IMG/VR virus record: IMGVR_UViG_3300045988_166023
Strand: one strand, 5' to 3'
Source: a virus
Length of the DNA: 43,788 nt
Made by a program: the position numbers and the translations under genes. Under the pieces are notes generated by a model. That model worked only from the letters and a program-made list of their open reading frames with translations, made no database searches and was not told the origin of the DNA. Of the stretch, positions 7,132 to 15,586 are shown piece after piece. The first letter of the stretch is position 1, and each line of letters opens with the position of its first letter.

Positions 7132-7278
7132 ATGAGAAAAGAGGACGAAGAGAGAAAAGAAATGAGCAGAGAAAGAATGGAGGAAAAAGAAATTTTAGAC
7201 TTGTATCGAAATCTAAATAAAAACCAGAAACAGAGAATAAAAATCATAATGAGAGGAATGAAGGGGAGGGTCTTTTAG
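7132..7278 (+). CDS. 48-aa highly charged small protein (not in the ORF track because it is under 60 aa)
   Basis: AAGGAG lies 8 nt upstream of the ATG. Sequence: MRKEDEERKEMSRERMEEKEILDLYRNLNKNQKQRIKIIMRGMKGRVF. It has its own promoter and terminator. Confidence 0.5.
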   Translation: MRKEDEERKEMSRERMEEKEILDLYRNLNKNQKQRIKIIMRGMKGRVF

Positions 7279-7293
7279 ACCTCCCCCTTTTTT
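7263..7293 (+). terminator. Rho-independent terminator overlapping two convergent stop codons
   Basis: Stem GGGGAGG(G)TC / GACCTCCCC with a 5-nt loop, then TTTTTT (7288..7293). Confidence 0.7.
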
Positions 7294-7661
7294 ATCTCAT
7301 CTATTTCCTTCATAATGAGATCCCATTCTTCATCTGACGTTCTGTAAACCAATTCTAGCAACATAGTCAACGCAGCCTTTTTGGATGCTGATGCATTTTC
7401 CATAACATATCCAAAACGGTTATATGCCTTGTCATAGGCAGATAATTTGATGAACATATTATCTTCTCCACCAACACCGGTGCGAAGCCATTCTTCATTT
7501 ACTCCAAATTCCCTGCAAATTGAAATGATATTTGATTCGCTTACATTATTTTCACCCTTTTCGATTTTCGAAATTGCAGTATTGGAAATGCCAAGGCTTT
7601 TTCCAAATTCAGATTGAGTCAGTCCGAGAGTCTTCCTTACTTCTTTGAATCGTTCGTTCAT
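7275..7661 (-). CDS. CI-like repressor, XRE-family HTH
   Basis: N-terminal LGLTQSEFGKSLGISNTAISKIEKGENNVS is a classic XRE HTH. AGGAGG SD. Divergent from the early operon. Confidence 0.85.
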   Translation of the reverse strand: MNERFKEVRKTLGLTQSEFGKSLGISNTAISKIEKGENNVSESNIISICREFGVNEEWLRTGVGGEDNMFIKLSAYDKAYNRFGYVMENASASKKAALTMLLELVYRTSDEEWDLIMKEIDEIKKGEV

Positions 7662-7681
7662 ATACTCCTCCTTTCACGATG

Positions 7682-7768
7682 ATAATAACACTAAAAATCC
7701 CTTTAGTCAATTTTTTTATCAAAAATACTTGACTAAATCCCTTTAAGATAGTAATATATTGATATAAT
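7682..7768. promoter_or_regulatory. Genetic switch: back-to-back promoters carrying a repeated 11-bp putative operator
   Basis: Leftward promoter: TTGACT (rc of 7705..7710), 17-nt spacer, TATTAT (rc of 7682..7687). Rightward promoter: TTGACT 7729..7734, 17-nt spacer, TAATAT 7752..7757, plus TGaTATAAT at 7760..7768. AAATCCCTTTA occurs at 7695..7705 and 7735..7745. Confidence 0.7.
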
Positions 7769-7787
7769 CAATAACGGAGGTGAGAAC

Positions 7788-7943
7788 ATGACAAAGACAA
7801 CAGAAGACAAGAGACTTAAAGAAGTTAAAAAAGTCATTGAAGAATGGGACACATATCCAAGGGAAACGCAGATTGCTCTTGAGTCAGCCATCTCGATGGC
7901 GAGAATTTTGACAATGATTAGAGACAATGAGAAAGCAGGATAG
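7788..7943 (+). CDS. 51-aa early protein at the Cro position (no recognisable HTH)
   Basis: GGAGGTGA SD lies 5-6 nt upstream of ATG 7788. It is the first ORF downstream of the rightward promoters. Confidence 0.5.
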   Translation: MTKTTEDKRLKEVKKVIEEWDTYPRETQIALESAISMARILTMIRDNEKAG

Positions 7944-8180
7944 GAGGGAGAAACATAGACGCAAAAAGACATGTCAGAGATGAAGAGAGATTAAATCAGG
8001 CATTAAGTGGAAAACTTTCAGAATTCTTTAAGGATTTCTACGAAGTATTAAAAAACTACGATATTGATTTAATGCCCGAAATGAGTTTCGACTGCTGTAA
8101 ATATGCATTAGAAGAAATTTGTTTGAAAAATATTGAATTTCCAGAGTACAAGTTTCAACATCAGAAAGGAGAGCAAACAA

Positions 8181-8522
8181 ATGAAATGCCCAGAGTGTAA
8201 AAACGACATAAAAGAATCATGGAATTTCTGCCCAGAGTGCGGAGCAGTGCTTTATGGAAGAAAACATGAAGTTCCATTTCCAGATGTAGTTATTATGTGC
8301 TACGGGCATACTACATCTTTAGTTATCGGTGGTTACCATATTTATGGCATAAACGGTATTAAATTTTCGCATAATCCGGATGAAAACGATGGCCTTCCAC
8401 GTTTGGAAGTAGATATGGATATTATTAAGGATTTGATAGGAAAGGCACCAAGGGTATCAAAGTTCTGGAGAGAAGAGCTGAAAAAAGCGGTCTCGATGGA
8501 ACAAGACCGCCACAGTTGTTGA
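8181..8522 (+). CDS. Zinc-ribbon protein
   Basis: MKCPECKNDIKESWNFCPECG has two CxxC pairs. AAAGGAG SD precedes ATG 8181. The track start at 8133 lacks an SD. Confidence 0.6.
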   Translation: MKCPECKNDIKESWNFCPECGAVLYGRKHEVPFPDVVIMCYGHTTSLVIGGYHIYGINGIKFSHNPDENDGLPRLEVDMDIIKDLIGKAPRVSKFWREELKKAVSMEQDRHSC

Positions 8523-8732
8523 TTAGAGTAATTTAAAGCCAGTACCAAAGTCTTTGGTAAAAGAAATTTTACCACATTCTTCAAGTTCGGTTGCAGCACG
8601 AGTGATTGGATCGATTCCACCAAAATCAATGTTAGATTCAAGGAAAATTCCTTGAGCAGTAAAACGAGTCGTTCCTTGTGATTCGTATTCAGACTGCATG
8701 TACTCTAATAATTTTTCAGCAACTTGAGTCAT
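8523..8732 (-). CDS. Hypothetical protein (69 aa), lone minus-strand gene in the early region
   Basis: GAAAGGAAG SD precedes the internal ATG (MTQVAEKLLEYMQ...). It is convergent with 8181..8522. Confidence 0.45.
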   Translation of the reverse strand: MTQVAEKLLEYMQSEYESQGTTRFTAQGIFLESNIDFGGIDPITRAATELEECGKISFTKDFGTGFKLL

Positions 8733-8820
8733 TTTTGCACTTCCTTTCATTTTACTCGGATGTGCCAGCATCCTGTAACAATATAATAGGGGAAATGTAA
8801 AAAAATGTCAATAAATATAT

Positions 8821-9198
8821 TTGAGAGGAGGGAAAGTCCTGATTTACATATCAGAAAGAATCTTGAATATTCAGGATTTGGAAAAAGAAATTCAAAATGC
8901 AATAATTCATTTCAATATTCTAAAAAAAGAATTGAAAAAAACTGCACCATCTTCTGACGTAGTAGACGCTGCAGTTTATCAGATTAGTCAAAGTCTTGAA
9001 AAAGCTAATGACTTTGAGTTTTGTTTAGAACAAAGAAAATGTGTTTATGAAAATGAAGAAAGAGTAACTGTGGAAGAAAGAAAATACATCAACGACACAG
9101 ATTCTCAGGTAACGGTAATTATTAAACTTTCCGGCAAGGAATGGAGAGAATTATCCAACTTATCCGAATGGAAAAGCATTGAAGAAATTCTTTCTTAA
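8821..9198 (+). CDS. Hypothetical protein
   Basis: Long ORF with a GAGGAGGG motif near its 5' end. The start codon is uncertain (TTG in the track). Confidence 0.45.
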   Translation: MRGGKVLIYISERILNIQDLEKEIQNAIIHFNILKKELKKTAPSSDVVDAAVYQISQSLEKANDFEFCLEQRKCVYENEERVTVEERKYINDTDSQVTVIIKLSGKEWRELSNLSEWKSIEEILS

Positions 9199-9228
9199 TT
9201 TTGAAGACATTGAAAGGAGGCGAATCCC

Positions 9229-9540
9229 ATGGAAGATGTAACAAGAATCGTAGAAACCATACACGGTCAACCTTACTATTCGAATAAACAACTCGCTAAA
9301 GCGTTCAGCGTCTCTGAAGGAACAGTTTGCCGTAGAAAAAAAGGAATCGAAAAAGAGAGAAAGAGATATGGTAATTATGCCATCATCTCTTCTGGAACAA
9401 ATCTCTATGCCTACATAGATTACGACAAGTATTACAAAAACTTGGAAGACCCAATAATGCGAAAATACGTTCCAGACTACGATCCAATGCAGGTGGCAGA
9501 AGCTTGCGGATATGGAAAACGTGTAAGGATGCTTAAATAA
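9229..9540 (+). CDS. HTH DNA-binding protein (possible excisionase or regulator)
   Basis: AAAGGAGG SD. The segment YSNKQLAKAFSVSEGTVCRRKKG is HTH-like. Confidence 0.55.
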   Translation: MEDVTRIVETIHGQPYYSNKQLAKAFSVSEGTVCRRKKGIEKERKRYGNYAIISSGTNLYAYIDYDKYYKNLEDPIMRKYVPDYDPMQVAEACGYGKRVRMLK

Positions 9541-9639
9541 AAAAATGTGCCTGAGGGAGCGGCAACTCCCAATTAGGCACACAGGTAATAAATCACTTAA
9601 AGTATACCTCATAGTAGAGGAAAATGGAAGGAGAAAATT

Positions 9640-9909
9640 ATGAACGAGGAAGAAAAGACTTTGAACTTAGATGATGTTAAGTTTTTGCTTGAAAAAGTAC
9701 ACGCAGCACAGCAGGCGGGAAATCATGTCATTTTTAGACATAGTAACTACTCGACAGAAGTAATTGCTATGGAGGGCGAAATCTCTGAGGAAAAAGAATG
9801 GGATAAGCAATTTTATATGCATAATAACGCACCAGAGGAGCAGAAAGCTACATATAATGAATGCATTTTGTATCTTGAAAAACTGGCAGGCGAGAAACAT
9901 GATAATTAA
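9640..9909 (+). CDS. Hypothetical protein
   Basis: GGAAGGAG SD upstream of the ATG; 89-aa ORF in the early operon. Confidence 0.55.
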   Translation: MNEEEKTLNLDDVKFLLEKVHAAQQAGNHVIFRHSNYSTEVIAMEGEISEEKEWDKQFYMHNNAPEEQKATYNECILYLEKLAGEKHDN

Positions 9910-10057
9910 TTTTGTATTACACAAGTACAACCAAACAGAAACTGCCCTTAAATTGCAGCCTACATCGCCACGTTTATTAGAAAGAAAAGCAGCACTAATA
10001 GAATTAATCCTATTAGATGCAAGAAAAAATGGAAAGCGAGGAAAATTAAATGTTTAG
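9899..10057 (+). CDS. Hypothetical small protein (52 aa)
   Basis: The internal ATG (MIINFVLHKY...) overlaps the end of the previous gene. The track ORF 9764..10057 overlaps 9640..9909 out of frame. Confidence 0.4.
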   Translation: MIINFVLHKYNQTETALKLQPTSPRLLERKAALIELILLDARKNGKRGKLNV

Positions 10058-10334
10058 AAATGAAAGATTAGAGACATACGCAACAAAGGATGATTATACG
10101 GGAAGGAATCGTCCCAGAATTGTTATCACGATTGCGGATGAAGACATCGCAAGAGATGTTGCAGATTATTTTAAATCTAAAGCAATAGATGCTTTAGAAA
10201 ATGATTGCGGAAAAGTTACAGAAAAAGAAGCAGAGGAATTTTTGCATATTTGCAACAAAATCAAAGCCGGATGCGAGGAAGTATTCAGTGTGGAAGAAAG
10301 TGAGGAGACAGAGAATGAACCTGTACGAGATTAA
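10050..10334 (+). CDS. Hypothetical acidic protein
   Basis: 94-aa ORF, translationally coupled to its neighbours. Confidence 0.5.
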   Translation: MFRNERLETYATKDDYTGRNRPRIVITIADEDIARDVADYFKSKAIDALENDCGKVTEKEAEEFLHICNKIKAGCEEVFSVEESEETENEPVRD

Positions 10335-10776
10335 CGCAGAAATCATGGCATGTGTAGATGAGGAAACGGGAGAGATTATCGATATGGCCAAACTGGATCA
10401 ATTGCGGATGACATTTGGCGAGAAGGTAGAAGGCATTGCTCTTTATATCAAAAACTTAGCAGCAGAAGCTGCAGCAATCAAGGCAGAGAAGGATAAGCTG
10501 GGAGAAAGACAAAGAATCTGTGAGAATAAAGTAGCATCTTTAAAGAATTATTTGCAGGCTAACTTATGTGGAGAAAAATTTAGGACTGCGCGAGTACTTA
10601 TTTCATATCGCAAGTCAGAGTCAGTTGTAGTAGATGATCTGTCAAAAGTGGACAAATCATATCTTAAGTATTCAGAACCTGTTGCCGATAGAACAGCGAT
10701 TAAAAAAGCAATCAAGGCAGGTGCAGTTATTGAAGGAGCGCATCTGCAGCAGAATCAGAACATCCAGATTAGATAA
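10315..10776 (+). CDS. Siphovirus Gp157-like protein
   Basis: The MNLYEINAEIMACVDEETGEI... start and coiled-coil body resemble the Gp157 family. It sits upstream of a Sak4-like ATPase, as in many Firmicutes phages. Confidence 0.6.
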   Translation: MNLYEINAEIMACVDEETGEIIDMAKLDQLRMTFGEKVEGIALYIKNLAAEAAAIKAEKDKLGERQRICENKVASLKNYLQANLCGEKFRTARVLISYRKSESVVVDDLSKVDKSYLKYSEPVADRTAIKKAIKAGAVIEGAHLQQNQNIQIR

Positions 10777-10786
10777 GGGGGATGTA

Positions 10787-10987
10787 ATGAATAGCGAAAA
10801 GATTGTTATACCTGCAAGAAGACAGCAGGTGAATGAGCAGGGAGTGATCAAGTTGACTCCTGAAGCATTAAATGCACTTACAGAAGTAGTTAATGAAACG
10901 AATCTATCAATAAGACAGGTTGCTAGCACGATTATTCTGCAAGCGATTGAAAAGAATCTGATTGAGTTTAGGCGGGAGGAAGATTAA
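10787..10987 (+). CDS. Hypothetical small protein (66 aa)
   Basis: AAGGGGGA SD precedes ATG 10787. The track ORF 10634..10987 overlaps the preceding gene. Confidence 0.5.
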   Translation: MNSEKIVIPARRQQVNEQGVIKLTPEALNALTEVVNETNLSIRQVASTIILQAIEKNLIEFRREED

Positions 10988-11628
10988 TGGCTAAAGTTAT
11001 TTGTATTGCCGGTGAGTCCGGTTCAGGAAAAACAACAAGCATGAGAAATCTTGACCCTGCATCAACCTATTACATTGATGCAGATAGAAAGGGGCTGTCC
11101 TGGAAGGGATGGAGAAAGCAGTATTGCAATGAAAATAAGAATTATTATGCAGGAGATAATGCGGATGTAGTAAGAGTTGTTGTAAAGAAGATTGACAAGG
11201 AGCGACCAGATGTTAAAGTCATCATAATCGATACAATTAATGCTTTGATGGTGGCAGACGAAATGAGACGAAGTAAGGAAAAAGGCTACGACAAATGGGT
11301 TGATCTGGCTGCCTGCGTGTGGGACTTTATCTGCGAATGCTATACATACAGAGAGGATTTAACAATCATCTTTACGGCACATACACAGACAGATCATGAT
11401 GAAAATGGCTATATGTTCACTAGAATCAAGACATCCGGAAAGAAACTGGACAAGATTGTCTTAGAAAGTAAGTTTACGACAGTTCTCATTGCTAAGTGCG
11501 TGAATGGTTCTTACGTTTTTGAGACACAAGCAAAGAATAGTACTGCCAAGAGCCCAATGGGAGCATTTGATAGTTTTGAAATTGAAAATGACATCGTAAA
11601 AGTGCTTGATGCACTGTCAGAATATTAG
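10987..11628 (+). CDS. P-loop ATPase, AAA_24 / Sak4-like recombination protein
   Basis: Walker A motif GESGSGKT and Walker B-like VIIIDT. It lies between a Gp157-like and a DUF669-like gene. Confidence 0.7.
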   Translation: MAKVICIAGESGSGKTTSMRNLDPASTYYIDADRKGLSWKGWRKQYCNENKNYYAGDNADVVRVVVKKIDKERPDVKVIIIDTINALMVADEMRRSKEKGYDKWVDLAACVWDFICECYTYREDLTIIFTAHTQTDHDENGYMFTRIKTSGKKLDKIVLESKFTTVLIAKCVNGSYVFETQAKNSTAKSPMGAFDSFEIENDIVKVLDALSEY

Positions 11629-11639
11629 GAGGTAGAGCA

Positions 11640-12233
11640 ATGAAAAAGCCAGCAAATTATGATAATACACAGGCATCCGGGGAATTTACCCCGGTAGAGC
11701 TTGGTGGACACTTTTTGATTATTAGGGATGTTGAAGAAACTCAGTCAAAAAATGGAAAAGATATGATTATTGTGCGTTTTGATTTTGCATCAAATGATAA
11801 GCAGCCAGGATATTTTATGAAAGCTTTTAAGGATGATATCCGGCCAGACAAAAGATGGCCGCATCAAGCTACACAGTACATCCTGACTGAGGATAAAGAC
11901 GGAAATTGCAACCGTTCTTTTAAGACGTTTACTACTTGCGTAGAGCATTCTAATCCTGGGTTTACTACCCAGTGGGTTGATGATTTCGGGATGCAGTTCA
12001 TTAATAAGAAGGTCGGTGGTGTCTTCGGTATAGTCGAGAACGAATATATGGGTAAGGTCACGAAAAGACGAGAGTTGCGATGGTTTGTTTCTGAGGATAA
12101 GGTGAAAGATGCTGCAATTCCAGAAGAAAAACTTCTGCCAGTCAGCGGTAAACCAAATCCAGCGGCAGCAAGTGTTGGAAATGGATTTATGACAATTCCG
12201 GAGGGAATTGAGGATGAAATGCCATTCATCTAG
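11640..12233 (+). CDS. DUF669-like putative ssDNA-binding protein
   Basis: The N-terminal pattern ...FTPVELGGHFLIIRDVEETQSKNGKDMIIVRF resembles DUF669. Synteny with the Sak4-like ATPase supports this. Confidence 0.55.
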   Translation: MKKPANYDNTQASGEFTPVELGGHFLIIRDVEETQSKNGKDMIIVRFDFASNDKQPGYFMKAFKDDIRPDKRWPHQATQYILTEDKDGNCNRSFKTFTTCVEHSNPGFTTQWVDDFGMQFINKKVGGVFGIVENEYMGKVTKRRELRWFVSEDKVKDAAIPEEKLLPVSGKPNPAAASVGNGFMTIPEGIEDEMPFI

Positions 12234-12245
12234 GAGGCAGAAGGT

Positions 12246-12761
12246 ATGGATATTCAGATTGATAGCAGGGAGAAAGCAAGAGCGATTAGAAAGATTCTCA
12301 AAACTTTTGATGATAAGGGGATTAATCATTATACAAGTAAACTTTTTGTGGGGGACTATATGTCCCTCGATAATCCCCGTTTAATCATTGATCGTAAGCA
12401 GAACCTGCAGGAGTTATGCGGAAACGTATGCCAGCAGCATGAGAGATTCCGGAAAGAATTGATTCGTGCAAGGGATGCAGGGATTAAATTAGTGATCCTT
12501 GTGGAACATGGGAAAGGGATAGTAACCTTAGAAGATGTGTTCTTTTGGAAGAATCCTCGCAAGCATGAGGTTAAATGGCGTACTGTCAATGGACAGCGAG
12601 TGAAGTATGTGGATTCTGCCAAGGCCGTAGATGGCAAACAGTTGTACAAATCTTTATGTACAATCAGAGACCGTTATAATGTTCGTTTTGAGTTTTGCGA
12701 GAAAAAGGAAACTGGAGAAAAGATATTGGAGATATTAAGCTGTGACGAGAGAGCAGATTAA
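12246..12761 (+). CDS. ERCC4 (XPF/Mus81)-type nuclease
   Basis: IDSREK...VGDYM...IDRKQNLQELCGN matches the ERCC4 GDxn-ERKx3D-like layout. Confidence 0.55.
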   Translation: MDIQIDSREKARAIRKILKTFDDKGINHYTSKLFVGDYMSLDNPRLIIDRKQNLQELCGNVCQQHERFRKELIRARDAGIKLVILVEHGKGIVTLEDVFFWKNPRKHEVKWRTVNGQRVKYVDSAKAVDGKQLYKSLCTIRDRYNVRFEFCEKKETGEKILEILSCDERAD

Positions 12762-13224
12762 AGATAAATATCATATGGCAGATATACTTCAGCGGTACAA
12801 TCTTAAGGCGAACAGAGCAGGGTTCATCCGGTGCCCTTTTCATACAGGGGACAATAGCCCCTCTTTAAAAATTTACAAAGACGATTTTCATTGTTTTTCC
12901 TGTGGTGCACATGGGGACATTTTTTCCTTTGTGCAACGCATGGAAAATGTTGGATTCAAGGAGGCATTCCAGATTCTTGGAGGCATTTATGAAAAGCCAA
13001 CCTTTGAGTCAAATCTCGCTGTATATCGTGCAAAGAAAAGAAAGCAGGAACGGCAGCGGGAAGAACAGAAGCAAAAAGATAAGAGAGAGTTAAATAATGC
13101 TCTAATCAATGCATATCGGTGGGGAGTAGAACATAATGCTCCGCTGTCAGATGCATGGTGTGAGAATTATAATGCTCTGCAAAAGCAATTATATGTGCAT
13201 GAAACCATAAATGAAACGAGGTGA
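12742..13224 (+). CDS. CHC2 zinc-finger protein (primase-type zinc finger)
   Basis: CPFHTGDNSPSLKIYKDDFHCFSCGAHGD is the DnaG-type CHC2 motif. Confidence 0.8.
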   Translation: MTREQIKDKYHMADILQRYNLKANRAGFIRCPFHTGDNSPSLKIYKDDFHCFSCGAHGDIFSFVQRMENVGFKEAFQILGGIYEKPTFESNLAVYRAKKRKQERQREEQKQKDKRELNNALINAYRWGVEHNAPLSDAWCENYNALQKQLYVHETINETR

Positions 13225-15122
13225 TAAAGGTGAGTGCAAAACTGACAAAGGAAATGATTGAAAAAATGGATAAGGAACAGATATTGTCGGAAGAAACACT
13301 GACTGCCTTGTTTAATGAAACGGATCCTATTAAGCGAGCTATTCTAACAGTTGCTCTGGATGAGCGTGCCGGACAAGTCGGAAATGGTGCAAAAACCCAT
13401 TTAAAGACGATGTTTGCAGCGTTCAGCAAGGTTGAAAAACAAATGAAGCAGGAACAGAAAAAGGAGCGTTCGATAGGGCTTGTTGATAACTGGACTAACT
13501 TTATCGGACCATATCCGCAGATGAGATGTGGCTCATGGGCAGCTTCCGATGATGGTATCTTTACTAGCAATGGAGAACGCAGCACATTGGACTCCATGGC
13601 TTGTTATCATCCAATCCTCCCCCTTGAACGTTTGAAGAATCTGGAGACTGGAGAGGAGCAGATCAAGCTTGCCTATAAGAGAAATGGACGCTGGATGGAG
13701 ATATTGACGCCAAAGGTAATGGTGACATCTGCATCAAAGATTGTAGCCTTGTCAGCTAGAGGAGTCTCTGTTACAAGTGAAAATGCGAAGAACCTAGTTA
13801 AATATCTATCTGATGTAGAAAACTTAAATGATAGCTACATCAAGGTGCAATATTCCTCCAGTAAGCTCGGATGGGCACCGGGCAATCTATTCTTACCATA
13901 TGACCAAGAGATTGTGTTCGATGGAGATACGCGTTTCCAGCAACTTTTTAACAGTATTGGAGAGCATGGTAGCAGAGAAGTTTGGTATGACTGTGTAAGA
14001 GAAATCCGGAAAGGCGGCAGGATAGAGAGCAAGTTTCTCTTAGCTGCAGCATTTGCAAGCATTCTGATTAAGGTTCTTGATGCACTTCCTTTCTTTGTGG
14101 ACCTTTGGGGTGAAACAGAGGGTGGAAAGACGGTCACTTTAATGCTTGCAGCTTCTGTCTGGGCTGATCCAGACGAAAGCAGATACATAGGAGACTTTAA
14201 GAGCACGGATGTGGCTCTGGAGGCAAAGGCAGACATGCTTAATAACTTGCCATTAATCTTAGATGACACGTCAAAAACATCAAGCAGAATTCGAGAGAAC
14301 TTCGAGGGTGTAGTATATGACCTTTGTTCTGGTAAAGGAAAGAGCCGTTCCAATAAGAATCTTGGAATCAATAGAGAAAACCGTTGGAAGAATGTAATCA
14401 TGACGAATGGTGAGCGACCATTAAATTCATATGTGAACCAGGGAGGAGCGATCAACCGTATTCTTGAAGTAGAATGCGGAGAAAAGGTTTATCCTTCCCC
14501 TCAGAACATAGTGGAGACACTGAAAAACAATTATGGACATGCAGGAAAAGAATTTGTTTCACTGGTTAAGAGTCTGGGCGAACAACGGATCCGGGAAATA
14601 CAGAGGAGCTTCCAAGAGCAGCTTATGAGCGATGATAAGATGCAGAAGCAGGCAATGTCCCTAGCAATCGTTCTGACGGCAGATAAGATAGCCACAGACT
14701 ATTTATTCCAGGATGGATGCTATATCAGCTTGGAGGAGGCAAAGAAGACTCTGGTGGACCGAAATGAGGTGTCAGATACGGAACGTTGCTATCGGTTTAT
14801 CATAGACAAAGTAGGAATGAATCCTCAGCGTTTTGATGATGAAACGAAATGCGAGAAATGGGGAGTTGTGCGAAGAGATTGTGTTTTATTCCTTCCAACT
14901 GCCTTTGAGCAGCTTTGCCGCGATGGGGGATTCTCTAAAAAATCCTTCCTATCCTGGGCACAGAAGAATAAAATTCTCGAGACATCCGGTGACCGGTTTA
15001 CGAAAGTATGCAAGATTGGCGGAAAGAGTAAACGATGTTTTTGTATAAAAATGGAAGAAATGCAAGAAAATAATGGATTCGTGCAACAAAATATTCCATT
15101 AGAGGATAATCCGTTCCAGTAG
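13221..15122 (+). CDS. Replicative SF3-type helicase / primase-associated protein (DUF927 or VirE-like)
   Basis: Walker A motif GETEGGKT and Walker B motif LPLILDD in the centre of a 633-aa protein. It follows the CHC2 protein and precedes the iteron region. The start may be GTG 13230. Confidence 0.65.
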   Translation: MIKVSAKLTKEMIEKMDKEQILSEETLTALFNETDPIKRAILTVALDERAGQVGNGAKTHLKTMFAAFSKVEKQMKQEQKKERSIGLVDNWTNFIGPYPQMRCGSWAASDDGIFTSNGERSTLDSMACYHPILPLERLKNLETGEEQIKLAYKRNGRWMEILTPKVMVTSASKIVALSARGVSVTSENAKNLVKYLSDVENLNDSYIKVQYSSSKLGWAPGNLFLPYDQEIVFDGDTRFQQLFNSIGEHGSREVWYDCVREIRKGGRIESKFLLAAAFASILIKVLDALPFFVDLWGETEGGKTVTLMLAASVWADPDESRYIGDFKSTDVALEAKADMLNNLPLILDDTSKTSSRIRENFEGVVYDLCSGKGKSRSNKNLGINRENRWKNVIMTNGERPLNSYVNQGGAINRILEVECGEKVYPSPQNIVETLKNNYGHAGKEFVSLVKSLGEQRIREIQRSFQEQLMSDDKMQKQAMSLAIVLTADKIATDYLFQDGCYISLEEAKKTLVDRNEVSDTERCYRFIIDKVGMNPQRFDDETKCEKWGVVRRDCVLFLPTAFEQLCRDGGFSKKSFLSWAQKNKILETSGDRFTKVCKIGGKSKRCFCIKMEEMQENNGFVQQNIPLEDNPFQ

Positions 15123-15310
15123 GTTACCGGGTTACCGCGGTTACCGAGCAAAATCAATATATATAGAAAGTAAAAAAAATAAGTGTGTGTGTTATTATTT
15201 TTCTCTACATGGGAAACAGTGTGGTAACCCGGTAACCTGGTAACCATAACGTAAAAATTCACTGTTTATGCGGGTTTTATGGGTTGCCAATTTGTTACCA
15301 TAGTGGTAAC
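15122..15310. other. Putative origin of replication: inverted iteron arrays flanking an AT-rich spacer
   Basis: GGTTACC x3 at 15122, 15130 and 15139. About 75 bp of AT-rich DNA follows. GGTAACC x3 at 15223, 15231 and 15239. Palindrome GTTACCAtagTGGTAAC at 15294..15310. Confidence 0.6.
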
Positions 15311-15349
15311 GGGATAATAACATATCAATAATAATAGTATAGCATAGGT

Positions 15350-15586
15350 GTGATGAATATGACAGACAATGCACAAAAAATTAGCGGACAGGTATGGCAG
15401 TGGTATAAACAATGCCGTGATACTAAAAAAGATAATGATGAATTGTGGGTACGTTTTCTGGACAAGGGACAGGCAATCGTAGACCAGTACAGAGGGTGCG
15501 AAATAGATTATATCTTTGCAAGAGATATGTATTTACTATTCCTTGCCCGGATAGAACGAATAGAGAGGGGCGAATTAAATGGGTAA
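15350..15586 (+). CDS. Hypothetical protein
   Basis: 78-aa ORF. The start is ambiguous (GTG 15350, ATG 15353 or ATG 15359). Confidence 0.5.
   Translation: MMNMTDNAQKISGQVWQWYKQCRDTKKDNDELWVRFLDKGQAIVDQYRGCEIDYIFARDMYLLFLARIERIERGELNG

Noticed and set aside
7931-8071. An open reading frame without a canonical start after the Cro-position gene (AGGAGG followed by ATA at 7955)
   Set aside because: The only in-frame ATG is at 8072, giving 40 aa with no SD. An ATA start is too unusual to call without expression data. It is left unannotated.
9546-9581. The nested hairpin TGTGCCT..GGGAG-loop-CTCCC..AGGCACA as a terminator
   Set aside because: No U-run follows on either strand. It may be a processing or regulatory structure, but there is not enough evidence to call it.
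13106-14455. Minus-strand ORFs 13106..13597 and 13835..14455. The same applies to 11790..12329, 30572..31081, 31085..31486, 40398..40941 and 22445..22783.
   Set aside because: They are antisense shadows inside long, well-supported plus-strand genes. They have low-complexity or odd composition and no SD.
15122-15245. Short repeats (GGTTACC/GGTAACC) as a CRISPR array
   Set aside because: The repeats are 7 bp at 8-9-bp spacing with no spacers and no cas genes. The geometry fits iterons of an origin.
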